A DNA stretch of 64,000 nucleotides from Candidatus Harrisonbacteria bacterium CG10_big_fil_rev_8_21_14_0_10_40_38 (GCA_002773535.1 PFAZ01000001.1:89273-153272); one strand, 5' to 3'. Counted from the first letter of the stretch, positions 28,284 to 39,979 are shown. The notes: generated by a model not told the origin, from the sequence alone. Numbers and translations are program-made.

Positions 28284-30077
28284 ATGAGCAACATAAGAAA
28301 CATAGCCATCATAGCCCACGTCGACCACGGAAAATCAACACTGGTCGACGCTCTTCTTAAACAGACTAAAACCGATCTCGGAAAGTCTGCCGGAGGAGAA
28401 CTTATCATGGACTTTAACGAGCTCGAAAGAGAGCGCGGTATTACGATTTTTTCAAAAAATGCATCCGTTGAATACAACGGCGTAAAAGTAAACATTATAG
28501 ACACTCCCGGTCACGCTGATTTCGGTGGTGAGGTTGAGCGTGTTTTAAATATGGCCGATGGCTCACTCCTCCTCGTAGACGCGCAGGAAGGCCCAATGCC
28601 ACAAACTCGTTTCGTTTTAAAAAAAGCTCTCGAGCTAGGGCATAAGATAATCGTAGTCATAAATAAAATCGATAAACCAAGCTCCAGAGTCAATTATGTT
28701 TTAGAAAAAGTCATCGAGCTCTTTGTTGAACTTGGAGCCACAAACGATCAGCTCGACTTCCCTATCCTCTACGCCGCAGGAAAACTTGGCATAGCGGGAA
28801 CTACGCCTGATATAAATGAAATGAAAGGCATCGAACCGGTTTTGGAAACCGTTATAAAACACGTCCCCGCCCCAAAGGCAAATAAAGAAGAACCGTTTCA
28901 AGTTATGGCAGTTTCAATCCAATACGATAACTACAAAGGCCGTCTCGCAATCGGCAGAATCATAAGAGGGACAATCGCAACCGGCTCACAAGCAGTTCAC
29001 ATCACGCGTGATGGCAAAAAGAAAAATTTTAAAATCACGAGCATTATGACTTTCCGTGGTCTCCAAAAAATGGAAATCGAAAAATGCGAAGCGGGAGACA
29101 TCGTCGCCATCTCTGGCGTAGATGACATCATGATCGGCGACACTATTGCAGATCCCACAAATCCGGAACAGCTCACTCCCATAGCCATAGAACGTCCGAC
29201 AGTCAAAATGATTTTCAGCGTAAATAACTCTCCTTTTGCAGGTCAGGAGGGAGAATTTTGCACTTCACGGAACATCCGCGAGCGTTTAAACAAAGAACTC
29301 GACAATGATGTCGCTTTGGATATTCTAAGCGGTTCATCCCCTGACGAATTCATCGTAGCCGGACGCGGAGAACTTCACCTTTCAATACTTATCGAAAAAA
29401 TGCGTCGCGAAGGATACGAGCTACAGGTTTCCCGACCAGAAGTTATTTTTAAAGAGGAAAACGGCAAAACCCTCGAGCCATATGAAGACGTATGGATCGA
29501 AGCTTCCGAAAAATATTCTGGCATGATTATCGAAAAAATGAGCATGCGAAAAGGAGAAATGAAAAACATGAGTGTAGAAAACAGCATGGTCTCATTTCAC
29601 TTCTTTATTCCTACACGCGGACTCATCGGTTTCAGAAACGAGTTTATGATTGAAACAAAAGGAACCGGACTTGCGAATACACTCTTTTCTGGATATTTCC
29701 CAAAAAGAGAAGACATCATCACAAGCCCCCACGGTTCACTTATTGCCCACGAAACAGGCACGACAACCGCCTACGCTCTTTTAGGCTCACAGGAACGCGG
29801 TGTAATGTTTGTCGAGCCGGCGGAAAAAGTATACGAGGGGCAGATAGTTGGTCAAAACGCAAAAGCGGAAGACTTAGTCGTAAATGTCTGCAAAGCAAAA
29901 CAGCTCACAAACTTCCGAGCAAAAACAGACGCAGTTACAGACGACCTCGTTCCAAAAAGAGAAATGTCCCTCGAACAGGCGCTCGAATACATCGGTGATG
30001 ACGAGCTTGTAGAAGCAACGCCAAAAAACATCCGCCTCCGCAAAAAAATCCTCAAAAACTCATTGAGAAAAAAGTAA
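28284..30077 (+). CDS. typA: translational GTPase TypA/BipA
   Basis: G1 [22 protein letters not shown]; EF-G-like domain order; start at [10 protein letters not shown] (the tracked ORF begins at 28212). Confidence 0.9.
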   Translation: MSNIRNIAIIAHVDHGKSTLVDALLKQTKTDLGKSAGGELIMDFNELERERGITIFSKNASVEYNGVKVNIIDTPGHADFGGEVERVLNMADGSLLLVDAQEGPMPQTRFVLKKALELGHKIIVVINKIDKPSSRVNYVLEKVIELFVELGATNDQLDFPILYAAGKLGIAGTTPDINEMKGIEPVLETVIKHVPAPKANKEEPFQVMAVSIQYDNYKGRLAIGRIIRGTIATGSQAVHITRDGKKKNFKITSIMTFRGLQKMEIEKCEAGDIVAISGVDDIMIGDTIADPTNPEQLTPIAIERPTVKMIFSVNNSPFAGQEGEFCTSRNIRERLNKELDNDVALDILSGSSPDEFIVAGRGELHLSILIEKMRREGYELQVSRPEVIFKEENGKTLEPYEDVWIEASEKYSGMIIEKMSMRKGEMKNMSVENSMVSFHFFIPTRGLIGFRNEFMIETKGTGLANTLFSGYFPKREDIITSPHGSLIAHETGTTTAYALLGSQERGVMFVEPAEKVYEGQIVGQNAKAEDLVVNVCKAKQLTNFRAKTDAVTDDLVPKREMSLEQALEYIGDDELVEATPKNIRLRKKILKNSLRKK

Positions 30078-30095
30078 GCGTGATATAATAGCGTC

Positions 30096-30368
30096 ATGAG
30101 TACAAGATATAAAAAAGTTTTTTTTATCGGTTTTGCGATAGGTTTCTTCGGATTTTTTATCATGACCCTCGGGCTTATAAATCGCCCTATCGAAATAATA
30201 GCTAGTGTTTTTCTCGCTCCGACAAGATTTGTTTTAAGCCCAATAAGAGACTCGCTCGCAAACGTCGAGGGAATAATCAACGTCATAACCTTTGCTGTCA
30301 TGACAGGCGGCATTTATGGGCTCCTCGGTATCGGTCTAAGTTACCTTTCGCAAAAAATTAAAAAATAG
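30096..30368 (+). CDS. small membrane protein (hypothetical)
   Basis: 90 aa, two TM helices. Confidence 0.4.
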   Translation: MSTRYKKVFFIGFAIGFFGFFIMTLGLINRPIEIIASVFLAPTRFVLSPIRDSLANVEGIINVITFAVMTGGIYGLLGIGLSYLSQKIKK

Positions 30369-30623
30369 AAAATGAAAAAATTTTTAATCATATTTTTTAT
30401 ATTAGTTATGATCGTTGTGGCAATATTTGTAATCAATAGATTATCCAGAGAGGCCGGCCCCGTCTTTGAGGACATTCAAGTTAAGCAATAAAAAAAAGTG
30501 CCCCCCGTCTGTCGCTTCTCAACACAAGAAGCTATCTCCACATCTCAACTCCCGGTTCGATCATTGGGAAGCTAACGACGAAAAACAGACAAGGGGCAAT
30601 CCTAAATTAAAACAAATCAAAAA

Positions 30624-31199
30624 ATGAGTAAAGTGAAAAACATCATGCGCTGCCCTTGGGTTCCTGACAAAAATCAGGAATATATTGATTATCATGACAA
30701 AGAATGGGGCGTGCCGGTGAAAGATGACGCAAAAATTTTTGAATTTCTAGTACTTGAAAGCGCGCAAGCTGGGCTCTCGTGGGCGATCGTATTAAAAAAA
30801 CGCGAAAATTATCGCAAAGCTTTTGCAAGCTTCGACCCCAAGAAAGTGGCAAAATTTTCCGAAAAAGAAATAAATAAACTCCTTCAAAACTCCGGCATCA
30901 TACGAAATCGCGCAAAGATAGAGGCGGCAATAACAAATGCAAAAAGATTTTTAGAAATTCAAAAAGAGTTTGGAACATTTTCCAAATACATGTGGCAGTT
31001 CGTAAAAAATAAGCCCATAAAACATAAGTTTAAAACCCTAAGAGATTATCCGGAAAAAATAAAAGAAGCAGAAGTCTTCTCGGCAGACCTCAAAAAGCGC
31101 GGGTTTAAATTTTTAGGACCCGTAATCTGCTACGCGCACATGCAGGCAATTGGCATGGTAAACGACCACACAACAAACTGCTTTAAATATAAAAAATAG
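30624..31199 (+). CDS. tag: DNA-3-methyladenine glycosylase I
   Basis: RCPW...YHDKEWGVP Tag signature and zinc-snap cysteines/histidines. Confidence 0.85.
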   Translation: MSKVKNIMRCPWVPDKNQEYIDYHDKEWGVPVKDDAKIFEFLVLESAQAGLSWAIVLKKRENYRKAFASFDPKKVAKFSEKEINKLLQNSGIIRNRAKIEAAITNAKRFLEIQKEFGTFSKYMWQFVKNKPIKHKFKTLRDYPEKIKEAEVFSADLKKRGFKFLGPVICYAHMQAIGMVNDHTTNCFKYKK

Positions 31200-31242
31200 C
31201 AAAAATCATAAAAACTTGTTAAGGTATATGACGCAATAAAAA

Positions 31243-31923
31243 ATGGATTCTGAAGGGAAAAAATACAGTGGAAAAGAGTTGTGGAGCATTGGCATAGCAA
31301 CTATATTGGTTGTCGCGGCCATATTTTTGGTTGCGCTTTTCAAAACAAACGAAATCCCCAGCGAAAACATAAACACTTCAGATTGGGAAACATACGAAAG
31401 TCCGGAGTTCAATTTTTCTATTCGATACCCTAAAGATTGGCAAATATCCGAGTTTCCCGAAAATCCGATCTCACCAACTTTCAATATTTATCCAAAAAAC
31501 ATTACAGACGATCCCCCATTTAACCACTTCAATTTAATTCCAAATGTTTCAATATTCCCTCAAGGCGTTCCCACAGAAGGCGTCATAGGGACAAATGTTC
31601 CAAGTGATATAATATTTTCTGAAGAAACAAACAGAGCAATAGATTTTCTTATGGAAAACGGCAAAAGCTGGGCCACTTACACCTCTTTTCTTAATCTCCC
31701 AAAAAACTGGAGTTCTGACGGGTTTGTATGGGCAAGAGTAAAAATAACCGACTTTTCAGTAAGTTGTGAAAGAGATGGTAGAGAAATAAATCTTACGGAA
31801 TGTAATACTTTTACAGGCCACGACCACTATATTTATCGAGGTGAAACAGATGAAGAAGTAAGAAAAATCGAAGAAGCGATGCTAAAATCTTTTAAATTTT
31901 TAAAAGAAACAAACAATCAGTAA
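31243..31923 (+). CDS. anchored/secreted hypothetical protein
   Basis: N-terminal TM anchor; no motif recognised. Confidence 0.45.
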   Translation: MDSEGKKYSGKELWSIGIATILVVAAIFLVALFKTNEIPSENINTSDWETYESPEFNFSIRYPKDWQISEFPENPISPTFNIYPKNITDDPPFNHFNLIPNVSIFPQGVPTEGVIGTNVPSDIIFSEETNRAIDFLMENGKSWATYTSFLNLPKNWSSDGFVWARVKITDFSVSCERDGREINLTECNTFTGHDHYIYRGETDEEVRKIEEAMLKSFKFLKETNNQ

Positions 31924-32222
31924 CAAAATAAACTTCTCAAGCGTTATAGAAAGTAGAGAGTGATGGAAACGAGCGATCCGAAATTATTTTCAGAGAATTC
32001 AGAAAAAATTTCCATGCAGCCGGACTGTGGCATAGAATTTTAGTGGGCCTTACCAGAGCTCACTCCTCCCAGGAGTAAAGGGGGAAGTCACGCGGTGACG
32101 CACCGCAAAATTAAACCCACCACCTGGGGAAAAAGGCAAAAAAAGACCACAGACACGCTGAAGGGCGCAGCACATGCGCTCTTTTATATTGGCTAAAAAA
32201 TAAAAGCACCTCATTCCAACAT

Positions 32223-32840
32223 TTAGGAAGAAGTGCTTTTTTTGGGTACAATTTTTGACCGCGGATTCTGCCAACGCGTTCTTGCTCTTCGATTTTCCGA
32301 GATTTTTAAATCATTTTTTTCTAGCCACTTCGGATGCTGTAAGCCTATTCTACGAATCGCCCTCAATCGCACAAAGCTTACATATCGATGAGTCAAAGAA
32401 AGAGAGTGGCCTATCTCGATATCAGAAAGACCGGCAAGTCCAAGTTCGAATACTGCCCTAGCATTCCCTGGTTTTGCTTTTTGAATTAGAGAATTCACTA
32501 AGTCACAATCAATTACATGCTTTTCATCAGAAAAACCACAAGAAATATCAGACCCCCCTTCAAGCGGCTCCGTAACCAGTTTAGCCAAACATTCACTCTG
32601 TCGAAGGTATTCTAATATCCGATTTTTCACAACCCCAAAAACCCAAGCGAAAACTGTTTTCCTGAAATCACCACCTCCGAGTCTCTCAAGAAATCTTGGA
32701 AGAGATTTAGTAATCTGCAAAAAAATATCTTGAAAGACATCATCGCGGTCACAAGGTGTTGTAGACTTATTGATCCTTGACCAGACAAAATCAGTATGAT
32801 TCTCCCAGATAAACTCAAAAACCTCATCACGCGTCGCCAT
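32223..32840 (-). CDS. RNA polymerase sigma factor, sigma-70 family (likely ECF-like)
   Basis: Region-2-like DVFQDIFLQI and region-4 HTH (LSDIEIGHSLSLTHRYV); bidirectional terminator at ~32200-32245. Confidence 0.6.
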   Translation of the reverse strand: MATRDEVFEFIWENHTDFVWSRINKSTTPCDRDDVFQDIFLQITKSLPRFLERLGGGDFRKTVFAWVFGVVKNRILEYLRQSECLAKLVTEPLEGGSDISCGFSDEKHVIDCDLVNSLIQKAKPGNARAVFELGLAGLSDIEIGHSLSLTHRYVSFVRLRAIRRIGLQHPKWLEKNDLKISENRRARTRWQNPRSKIVPKKSTSS

Positions 32841-32917
32841 TTCTACCCCTCCTCAAATTGTCAAAGAAAAACGCCTATAAAATAGAAAACTTTAAAGCGA
32901 ATTAAATTGTAACAAAA

Positions 32918-34114
32918 CTATTTTGCTCTTTTCAAATAAGACCCCCTAATAGCTCTATGATACGATATTGCAAACCTATGCGCCTCATCGCGTACTGCGA
33001 CAAGATTTTTTTCAGAAAAACCGGAAGGAATACTCCCAACAAATTCATTCTTCTTTCGTTTTGGGCCTTTTGCTATGCCAATAATAGGCACTTTAACACC
33101 CGCCTCCCCGATTATCTCCCGAGCCGCATTTACCTGTCCTATCCCACCATCTATCAAAACAAGATCAGGTATAGGCCAGTCAGAATGAGAAAATCTTCTT
33201 CGTAAAACTTCTTTAAGCATCCCGACATCGTTCGACTGGCGTATAGTTCTTATCTTAAATTTCCTATATTCGTTTTTGTTAGGTTTCCCACCGCTAAAAA
33301 CAATCATAGACCCGACCGCAGAAGTTCCAGAAATATTCGATATATCATAACCCTCGATTCTGGCATTAGAAAGCTCTTCTCCCGTATCCAGGCCATCCTC
33401 ATTTATAAGAGCAACATCCTGAATGTGCCTTAGCGCAAATATTTGTTTTCGCAACTCCCCCGCTTTTTCAAATTCGAGGCTGTCACTCGCTACTTTCATA
33501 TCCTTTTCAAGACTGGTTATAAGCCTTCGTTTTTTGCCCTGAAAAATAAGTTTTATATTCTCAATATTTTTCTTGTAGTCTTTTTTAGAAATAGCGCCGA
33601 CACACGTCCCTGGGCAAAGCCCTATTTGATAATCAAAACACGCCTTTCCGTCGCCGGCTTTGTGCATAGAATACGGAAAAATTTTTCGTAGCATGTGAAG
33701 TACAAGTCTTATGCTCCTACCAGAAAGAAACGGACCAAATCTAGTTCCTGTAGCTAGACTCTTTCCTCTCACAAGTAAGATTCTCGGAAAATCCTCACGT
33801 GTAAACTCGACATACAAGAAACTTTTATCATCCTTTTCCAAAACATTAAATGGTGGCTGATATTTTTTGATAAGATTCGCCTCCAGTATGAGCGCCTCAA
33901 GAGCCGTATCGGTTTCTTCAAAATCAATAGACTTTATTTGAGAAACCATTTTCTCAATTCGCGCAGACTGTGGGCGCGAAAAATAACTGGATACTCTTCT
34001 TCTTAGGTTTCCAGCTTTACCAATATACAAAATCCGTCCTTTGGTGTCCTTCATAAAGTACACCCCGGGGTTTTCGGAAATATGAGAATAAATTTTTTTC
34101 TTATCTTCTTTCAT
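32918..34114 (-). CDS. uvrC: excinuclease ABC subunit C (short form, 398 aa)
   Basis: GIY-YIG motif (GVYFMKD...ILYIGKAGNLRRRVSSY), UVR coiled coil, RNase H-like endonuclease region; no C-terminal HhH region is evident in the 398-aa ORF. Confidence 0.7.
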   Translation of the reverse strand: MKEDKKKIYSHISENPGVYFMKDTKGRILYIGKAGNLRRRVSSYFSRPQSARIEKMVSQIKSIDFEETDTALEALILEANLIKKYQPPFNVLEKDDKSFLYVEFTREDFPRILLVRGKSLATGTRFGPFLSGRSIRLVLHMLRKIFPYSMHKAGDGKACFDYQIGLCPGTCVGAISKKDYKKNIENIKLIFQGKKRRLITSLEKDMKVASDSLEFEKAGELRKQIFALRHIQDVALINEDGLDTGEELSNARIEGYDISNISGTSAVGSMIVFSGGKPNKNEYRKFKIRTIRQSNDVGMLKEVLRRRFSHSDWPIPDLVLIDGGIGQVNAAREIIGEAGVKVPIIGIAKGPKRKKNEFVGSIPSGFSEKNLVAVRDEAHRFAISYHRAIRGSYLKRAK

Positions 34115-34177
34115 AAAACCTCTCCACGATTATAACAACATACCCCTCCGAGCAGCACTGCTCAAAGGGGTACTAGA

Positions 34178-34537
34178 TTACGTTCGAAATTGTCTTCGGT
34201 CAATCCAAGAACGGAAATCCATTTCTCGCTTCGATAAATCCGCAGATATAAATGAATAAACATGACAATCAATTGCGCGATCCAAAGCAACATTCTCTCC
34301 GTAACAAATAGCGAACTCATGCTCTTTCTGAAAAACATAACAGCCTGAACACTCAAGAATATGAGTTCCGATAACAACACGTTCATCGTCAAGATTTATT
34401 ATGCAATGCTCAATCGTCAGTAAATATCCTGCGACATTTACATTGTGATTCAACCCCTTGGCAATCACACTAATTTCACAAAGATTGGCTTCGGCGCACA
34501 ACCTGCTAAAAGCTTCAAAGTTAGGATTCTCGTCCAT
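34178..34537 (-). CDS. hypothetical protein
   Basis: 119-aa ORF, Cys/His-containing, no motif. Confidence 0.35.
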   Translation of the reverse strand: MDENPNFEAFSRLCAEANLCEISVIAKGLNHNVNVAGYLLTIEHCIINLDDERVVIGTHILECSGCYVFQKEHEFAICYGENVALDRAIDCHVYSFISADLSKREMDFRSWIDRRQFRT

Positions 34538-34885
34538 GCGAGTTCTCCAAAAGTGGGTTTGAAAAGAACAACGGCAGTCTACATAAAATTAAAAACATTG
34601 TAAATATCCACACATAAAAATTTGCGATAATTTAGTAAAAAAGTTAATCTGAAATCAGCATTCGGACATAAGGGAGGCGGTCTCAAAAATCTAAAAGCAG
34701 CAAGAAGGAACCCCTCCTTTATCGATACCCTCGCCGAGACATGCTAGATCTCGGCGAGGGGTTTTCTTTTTTTAAAAAAACCGCGCCCATATTTTCAGTT
34801 ATTAGTCGTCAGTCGTAAGTTCCTAGTCGCTACCCACTAACCCATCTAATTCCTAGTGGCTTAAATTAGTTTTCAGTTTTCTGTT

Positions 34886-37468
34886 TCAAGTCTTTAGTAT
34901 CCTCCTAAGATATTCCCCCGTAAAACTTTTCCCTGTTTTAGCTATCTGCTCTGGCGTCCCTTCCGCAATTATTTTTCCTCCCTTGTCTCCTCCTTCGGGC
35001 CCAAGGTCAATGACCCAATCAGCAGATTTTATTACATCAAGATTGTGTTCGATAACAACAACGCTGTTTCCACGCTCAACAAGCCTGTTTAAAACATCAA
35101 GGAGTTTTTGAACATCGGCAAAATGAAGTCCGGTAGTCGGTTCATCAAAAAGATAAATTGTTCGGTGCGTATCACGCTTTCCAAGTTCCGCAGAAAGCTT
35201 AATGCGTTGCGCCTCACCGCCAGATAATGTCGTCGCAGATTGTCCAAGTTCAAGATAGCCCAAGCCAACTTCTTCTAAAATTTTAAGCCTGTCGTGCAAC
35301 CAAGGAACATCATAAAAAAAAGTTACAGCCTCCTCAACGGTCATTTTAAGAACCTCATGAATATTTTTCCTATTCTTATCTTTCCCTCTTCGATCAAGAC
35401 CGGAAGTAGTCGATGGGCCATAAGTAACTTCTAAAGTCTCGCGGTCAAATCTTTTACCACGGCAAACATCACACTCAACATAAACCGTTGGTAAAAAATG
35501 CATTTCAATCGCGATTACTCCATGTCCCTCGCAGTTTTCACATCGCCCTCCTTTTACGTTGAAGCTAAATCTCCCCGGTTTATATCCTCTCACTCTCGCC
35601 TCTTCAGTAGAAGCAAAAAGATCACGAATATACGTCCACGCGCCTACGTAAGTTGCAGGGTTTGATCTAGGCGTCCTTCCGATCGCCGACTGATCAATGT
35701 TTATAACCCGATTCAAATTCTCCAGACCGGAAAGTGAGCTCATCTCCGCTGTCTTATATTTTGTATAGTTAAATTTGTTTGAAAGCGAACGATAAAGAAC
35801 GTCATAAAGAAGAGTGCTTTTCCCAGAACCAGAAACACCCGTTATAGCCACAAATCTTTTAAGAGGTATCTTTGCGGTAACTCCTTTCAGGTTATTTATA
35901 TTAATATTTTTCGCTACTAAAAACGGATGATCTTTCTTTAGCTTCCTCCTTTCAGACGGAACAGCTATCATCTGTTTTCCACGAAGATAATCAAGTGTCG
36001 GTGAATGTTGCTTCGTATCTTTCAAAAGCGCTGGCATCGGCCCAGCAGCAACCACGTGTCCTCCGTGAACACCAGCTCCGGGCCCGATATCTACTAGATA
36101 ATCAGATGCCCTGATTGTATCTTCGTCGTGTTCAACGACAAGGATTGAGTTCCCAAGATCACGAAGTTCTAGAAGCGTATTTATTAGTTTTGCGTTATCT
36201 CTTTGGTGTAGGCCAATGGTCGGTTCATCAAGAACATAAAGCGCTCCAACAAGTCGGGAGCCAATCTGCGATGCCAACCTTATTCTCTGCGCTTCACCTC
36301 CAGAGAGAGTCCCCGCCTTTCGGTTTAAAGTAAGATACTCAAGCCCAACATCGTACATAAACTTAAGTCGGCTCTGAATCTCGCGAAGCGGAACCTCTGC
36401 AATAGCGAGTATATTTTGCGCATCCTGCTGCCTCTTCAATGAAAACTTCTTTTTAAAAGATTCAAAAAATTCAGTCGCCTCCGATATAGAAAAACCCGTA
36501 ACCGAAGCAATATTTTTTCCATCAATTAAAACATTTAACGCTTCAGGCTTTAGTCTTCGCCCCTCGCATGCTTTACAAATATTATCCGAAAAAAGATCTT
36601 CAGTCCCAAGACCGTGGCAAGTTTCACATGCTCCAAATGGACTATTAAATGAAAAAAGTCTCGGTTCGATTTCCGGAAAAGAAAATCCATCTCTAGGACA
36701 AGTAAACTTTGTCGAAAAAGACGCTTCGCGATCAGTCACGATTGTCGCAACTCCTTTGCCATATTTGAGCGCATTCTCAACTGCCTCCGAAACGCGCAAA
36801 CGACTATCCTTACTCGAAAAGTCGAGCATGCCGGGCATCCTATCTACCACAAGCTCAATCGTATGCATTTTATATCGCGCGATATCTATCCTGTCATGAA
36901 GCGAAATATATTCCCTATCAATCCTCGCTTCCGAAAAACCGGCATTCAAAAGATCATACAAAAGCTGAAAGTGTTCACCCTTTCGGCCCTGAACAACCGG
37001 CGCCAAAATAACAAGATTTTTTCCTTTGCCGGTTTTTGCAAAATCAATCGCAATATCCACTATCTCCTCGTTTGTAAGCCGCCTTATCTCTTCTCCGCAA
37101 TCAGGGCAGTGTGGAACACCGGCGCGAGCAAAAAGTACCCGAAGATAATCATATATCTCGGTTATCGTAGCAACTGTAGAACGAGGATTTGCGCTATGAC
37201 TTTTTTGGTCAATGGAAATTGCAGGCGAAAGCCCCTCAATCTCATCAACATCGGGTTTATCAAGCTTTCCTAAAAATTGCCTCGCATACGCAGAAAGCGA
37301 CTCAATATATCGCCTCTGCCCTTCGGCAAAAATTGTATCAAACGCAAGTGAAGACTTCCCAGAACCAGAAAGACCCGTAAACACAACCAGTTTATCCCTC
37401 GGAATCTCGAGTGAAATATTTTTCAGGTTATGTTGCCGCGCTCCTTTGATTTTGATTTTATTTTGCAT
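34886..37468 (-). CDS. uvrA: excinuclease ABC subunit A
   Basis: Two ABC ATPase modules ([18 protein letters not shown]), LSGGE signatures, zinc-finger CxxC pairs; 860 aa. Confidence 0.9.
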   Translation of the reverse strand: MQNKIKIKGARQHNLKNISLEIPRDKLVVFTGLSGSGKSSLAFDTIFAEGQRRYIESLSAYARQFLGKLDKPDVDEIEGLSPAISIDQKSHSANPRSTVATITEIYDYLRVLFARAGVPHCPDCGEEIRRLTNEEIVDIAIDFAKTGKGKNLVILAPVVQGRKGEHFQLLYDLLNAGFSEARIDREYISLHDRIDIARYKMHTIELVVDRMPGMLDFSSKDSRLRVSEAVENALKYGKGVATIVTDREASFSTKFTCPRDGFSFPEIEPRLFSFNSPFGACETCHGLGTEDLFSDNICKACEGRRLKPEALNVLIDGKNIASVTGFSISEATEFFESFKKKFSLKRQQDAQNILAIAEVPLREIQSRLKFMYDVGLEYLTLNRKAGTLSGGEAQRIRLASQIGSRLVGALYVLDEPTIGLHQRDNAKLINTLLELRDLGNSILVVEHDEDTIRASDYLVDIGPGAGVHGGHVVAAGPMPALLKDTKQHSPTLDYLRGKQMIAVPSERRKLKKDHPFLVAKNININNLKGVTAKIPLKRFVAITGVSGSGKSTLLYDVLYRSLSNKFNYTKYKTAEMSSLSGLENLNRVINIDQSAIGRTPRSNPATYVGAWTYIRDLFASTEEARVRGYKPGRFSFNVKGGRCENCEGHGVIAIEMHFLPTVYVECDVCRGKRFDRETLEVTYGPSTTSGLDRRGKDKNRKNIHEVLKMTVEEAVTFFYDVPWLHDRLKILEEVGLGYLELGQSATTLSGGEAQRIKLSAELGKRDTHRTIYLFDEPTTGLHFADVQKLLDVLNRLVERGNSVVVIEHNLDVIKSADWVIDLGPEGGDKGGKIIAEGTPEQIAKTGKSFTGEYLRRILKT

Positions 37469-37635
37469 ATCACTTATTCGTTAATTCATTATTCTTAATT
37501 CATAATTCAAAAAACTTAATCTACTAAATTAAGAACAAAAAATATAGATTTTATTCCTTTACACCACAGAATGACCCCAATCCGTCTTTAGGGGTTGTCA
37601 CAAAAAGTAACACAAAATCCGCTTATCGTAAAACC

Positions 37636-38403
37636 CTACAAAACAAAAATCAAAAACAAAATCGCAACCAAAATGCGATAAACTCCAAACGCCTTAAAGT
37701 CGTGTATCCGCACAAATTTTAAAAGAAATCTTACCGAAATAAGCGCGAATACAAACGAAACCACAAACCCGACCCCAAGCATCAAAAACTCATTAAAACT
37801 AAAATCAAACCCGCTCTTCAGTAAATCAAATCCCGTCGCCGCCGCCATAGTGGGTACCGCAAGGAGAAACGAAAACAAAACCGCCGCCTCACGTGAAAGC
37901 CCTAAAAACCTCGCGCCTATTATTGTAGCGGCGGATCGTGAAACCCCTGGCACTATAGCGAGCGATTGAATAACCCCAATCAAAACCGCGTTTGGATATT
38001 TCAGTTTTTCAATCTCCTCGCCTACTTCTTTTTTCTTCAAAATATTTTCAAGAAATATTAAAACCACTCCACCAATCAAAAGCGCAAAAACAACTACATA
38101 AGCACTGCCCAATAAAAATCCTTTTACAAAAGGATATAAAATAAACCCAATAATAGCAGTCGGCAAAAATGCGAGCGCAATTCTCACAATCGTTTTTTTA
38201 TCCTGAAAAAGATATTTTGGAAACAAAACCACAACTGCGAGGATGGCTCCAAGCTGTATCGCTATTTCAAATGAACTCAAAAACTCGCTTGAGGGAATCG
38301 TCAAAAGTTTTGAAGCAAGTATCAGGTGTCCCGTAGAAGATATCGGCAAAAATTCCGTAAACCCTTCGATAATCGCCAAAACAATCGTATAAAAAATATT
38401 CAT
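37636..38403 (-). CDS. uppP: undecaprenyl-diphosphate phosphatase
   Basis: EGFTEFLPISSTGH BacA signature, polytopic membrane protein. Confidence 0.85.
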   Translation of the reverse strand: MNIFYTIVLAIIEGFTEFLPISSTGHLILASKLLTIPSSEFLSSFEIAIQLGAILAVVVLFPKYLFQDKKTIVRIALAFLPTAIIGFILYPFVKGFLLGSAYVVVFALLIGGVVLIFLENILKKKEVGEEIEKLKYPNAVLIGVIQSLAIVPGVSRSAATIIGARFLGLSREAAVLFSFLLAVPTMAAATGFDLLKSGFDFSFNEFLMLGVGFVVSFVFALISVRFLLKFVRIHDFKAFGVYRILVAILFLIFVL

Positions 38404-38532
38404 AACTAAATTATAACCAAATTAAAATCATAAAAATAACTAACTCTACACAGAAAGCGCATCTCGCCCACACTCACCTATCACTCACTTTTTTTATCAC
38501 CTTTTTCACCAACCATTATCCATTTCCACTCA

Positions 38533-38568
38533 CCTAACAATTTTTGACGATCGTCAAAAATTGTTAGG
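38533..38568. promoter_or_regulatory. 36-bp perfect palindrome CCTAACAATTTTTGACGATCGTCAAAAATTGTTAGG upstream of uppP
   Basis: Perfect dyad symmetry; near-identical copy at 39980-40015. Confidence 0.7.
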
Positions 38569-38679
38569 TAAATTATTAAGTAAGCAGTAAAAGATTAAAA
38601 ATCTAAAGTTGGCAAAATAAAAAAAGAATCGCCCCCTAAATCGGGGGCGTCCTAAAAGCGAGTAAGTGATTTTTCCGAA

Positions 38680-38877
38680 TCAGTGGGTGGTTCCTCGAGA
38701 CCGAGCATCCTCTCTACACTTTTTGCGAAGAAATCTGAAAAAATCTTTCTCCTCGCTTTCGTCAAGATCAACAGCTATTCGATCAGCTTCGTCTATCAAA
38801 GCCTCCGCATCAATATCACTTCTCTTCATAAAAGCATCGATTTCCGCACAGGCATCTTCTAGTCTATTGCTTGACAT
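38680..38877 (-). CDS. small acidic hypothetical protein
   Basis: 65 aa; terminator hairpin 38625-38665 after stop; shares C..ID..D pattern with upstream small ORF. Confidence 0.4.
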   Translation of the reverse strand: MSSNRLEDACAEIDAFMKRSDIDAEALIDEADRIAVDLDESEEKDFFRFLRKKCREDARSRGTTH

Positions 38878-38908
38878 ATCAAGCTCCTTTCGGCTTTGAG
38901 GAAAATCA

Positions 38909-39115
38909 CTATTTTCCTTTTGGCTTCGGAAATTTTTCTGACATCAGTTTTTTAAAGGTTTGGAAAACAATTTCTTCATATTTCCCAAACTTTTTCATAA
39001 TTGCATCAATACCATCAATACATGAATCGCGAGTAGCACCCACTTTTTCAAACATTGCGTGAACCGCGTGAATCGCTCTTTTCTTCATAGAATCACCCAT
39101 CAAAAACCTCCTCAT
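38909..39115 (-). CDS. small hypothetical protein
   Basis: 68 aa; operonic with flanking genes. Confidence 0.4.
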   Translation of the reverse strand: MRRFLMGDSMKKRAIHAVHAMFEKVGATRDSCIDGIDAIMKKFGKYEEIVFQTFKKLMSEKFPKPKGK

Positions 39116-39220
39116 CTCCTTTCATTGAGTGCTATCCGTTTCTCTTTCATCCTTTTCTCGAGAGACGGAATGTAGTAGGAAAGAATCTCAAGTGGAGTGG
39201 CAACGAGCCACTGCCACAAC

Positions 39221-39661
39221 TTATCCCTGAAGCTCCTCTTGAAAGTCAAAGGGAATCACAGCAACTCTTATTCTCCCAAACACACGCCTTGCAAGAAACT
39301 CCACCTTAAAAGCACGAATGCTATCACAAAAAATCAATACACAGATATCGTCTGGGACGAGATATTTTTGAGCAATCGCCGCCCTCACAATCACGTTTGA
39401 GCCGGTCAAGTTACCCAACGTTGTTACCGCTCCTACCTCCTCAACAATCTCATTACTAACGCCGCAACGCTGAAGAACATTCTTCATCAGTCCTGCTTCA
39501 GAAACACTCGATGTTGCAATATTCGTAAGCCCGCCGGATACAACAACAAAGTCAATTTCACTTTCATTGTATTTGATTATATCGCCGGCATTCCTCAAAT
39601 ATGCTTCATATTTCTCAGTAAGATGACACCCGTATCCGCAGACAATCACGACTTTTGACAA
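39221..39661 (-). CDS. DUF218 (YdcF/SanA-like) domain protein
   Basis: VVIVCGYG...VVSGG pattern typical of DUF218; TTG start. Confidence 0.45.
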   Translation of the reverse strand: MSKVVIVCGYGCHLTEKYEAYLRNAGDIIKYNESEIDFVVVSGGLTNIATSSVSEAGLMKNVLQRCGVSNEIVEEVGAVTTLGNLTGSNVIVRAAIAQKYLVPDDICVLIFCDSIRAFKVEFLARRVFGRIRVAVIPFDFQEELQG

Positions 39662-39744
39662 GACTCTCTCCCTTCAGGAAAGAAGAAAATGTAAAAACTG
39701 CTAATTTGAAAATAAAATAAATCAAAACATTTGTAAATAATACA

Positions 39745-39949
39745 AAAACAAAAAAAGCCGCTGCTAGAAATTGAAACGCCAGTCCCCAAAACAAGCTCGG
39801 CACTCACTTTGAGGTGTTTCAATCTCTAGCAACGACGGAGCTATTACAAGTGACAGTTCGCGACCCCGTTTAGGCGCGGAATTACCTAACAGAGAAACTA
39901 TCACCTGTAACAACAAACACCATACTAATCAATAGAAAAAAATTGTCAA
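39745..39949 (-). promoter_or_regulatory. minus-strand promoter (TTGACA-N17-TAGTAT) plus leader containing a 19-bp-stem hairpin followed by a U-run (attenuator or small RNA)
   Basis: -35 TGTCAA at 39944-39949 and -10 at 39922-39927 on + coordinates; stem 39759-39777 / 39816-39834; U-run 39745-39757. Confidence 0.45.
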
Positions 39950-39979
39950 CTACCCCAAAAAAACCACACCCAAACACCA

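Noticed and set aside
30560-30585. GGTTCGATC T-loop-like sequence suggesting a tRNA upstream of tag
   Set aside because: Flanking bases do not form a T-stem, and no acceptor/anticodon arms could be built.
32050-32274. Minus-strand 74-aa ORF and possible SRP-like GAAGGGCGCAGC motif in the 31960-32200 spacer
   Set aside because: The ORF overlaps the sigma-factor 3' end and a bidirectional terminator; the motif matches SRP helix 8 only partially.
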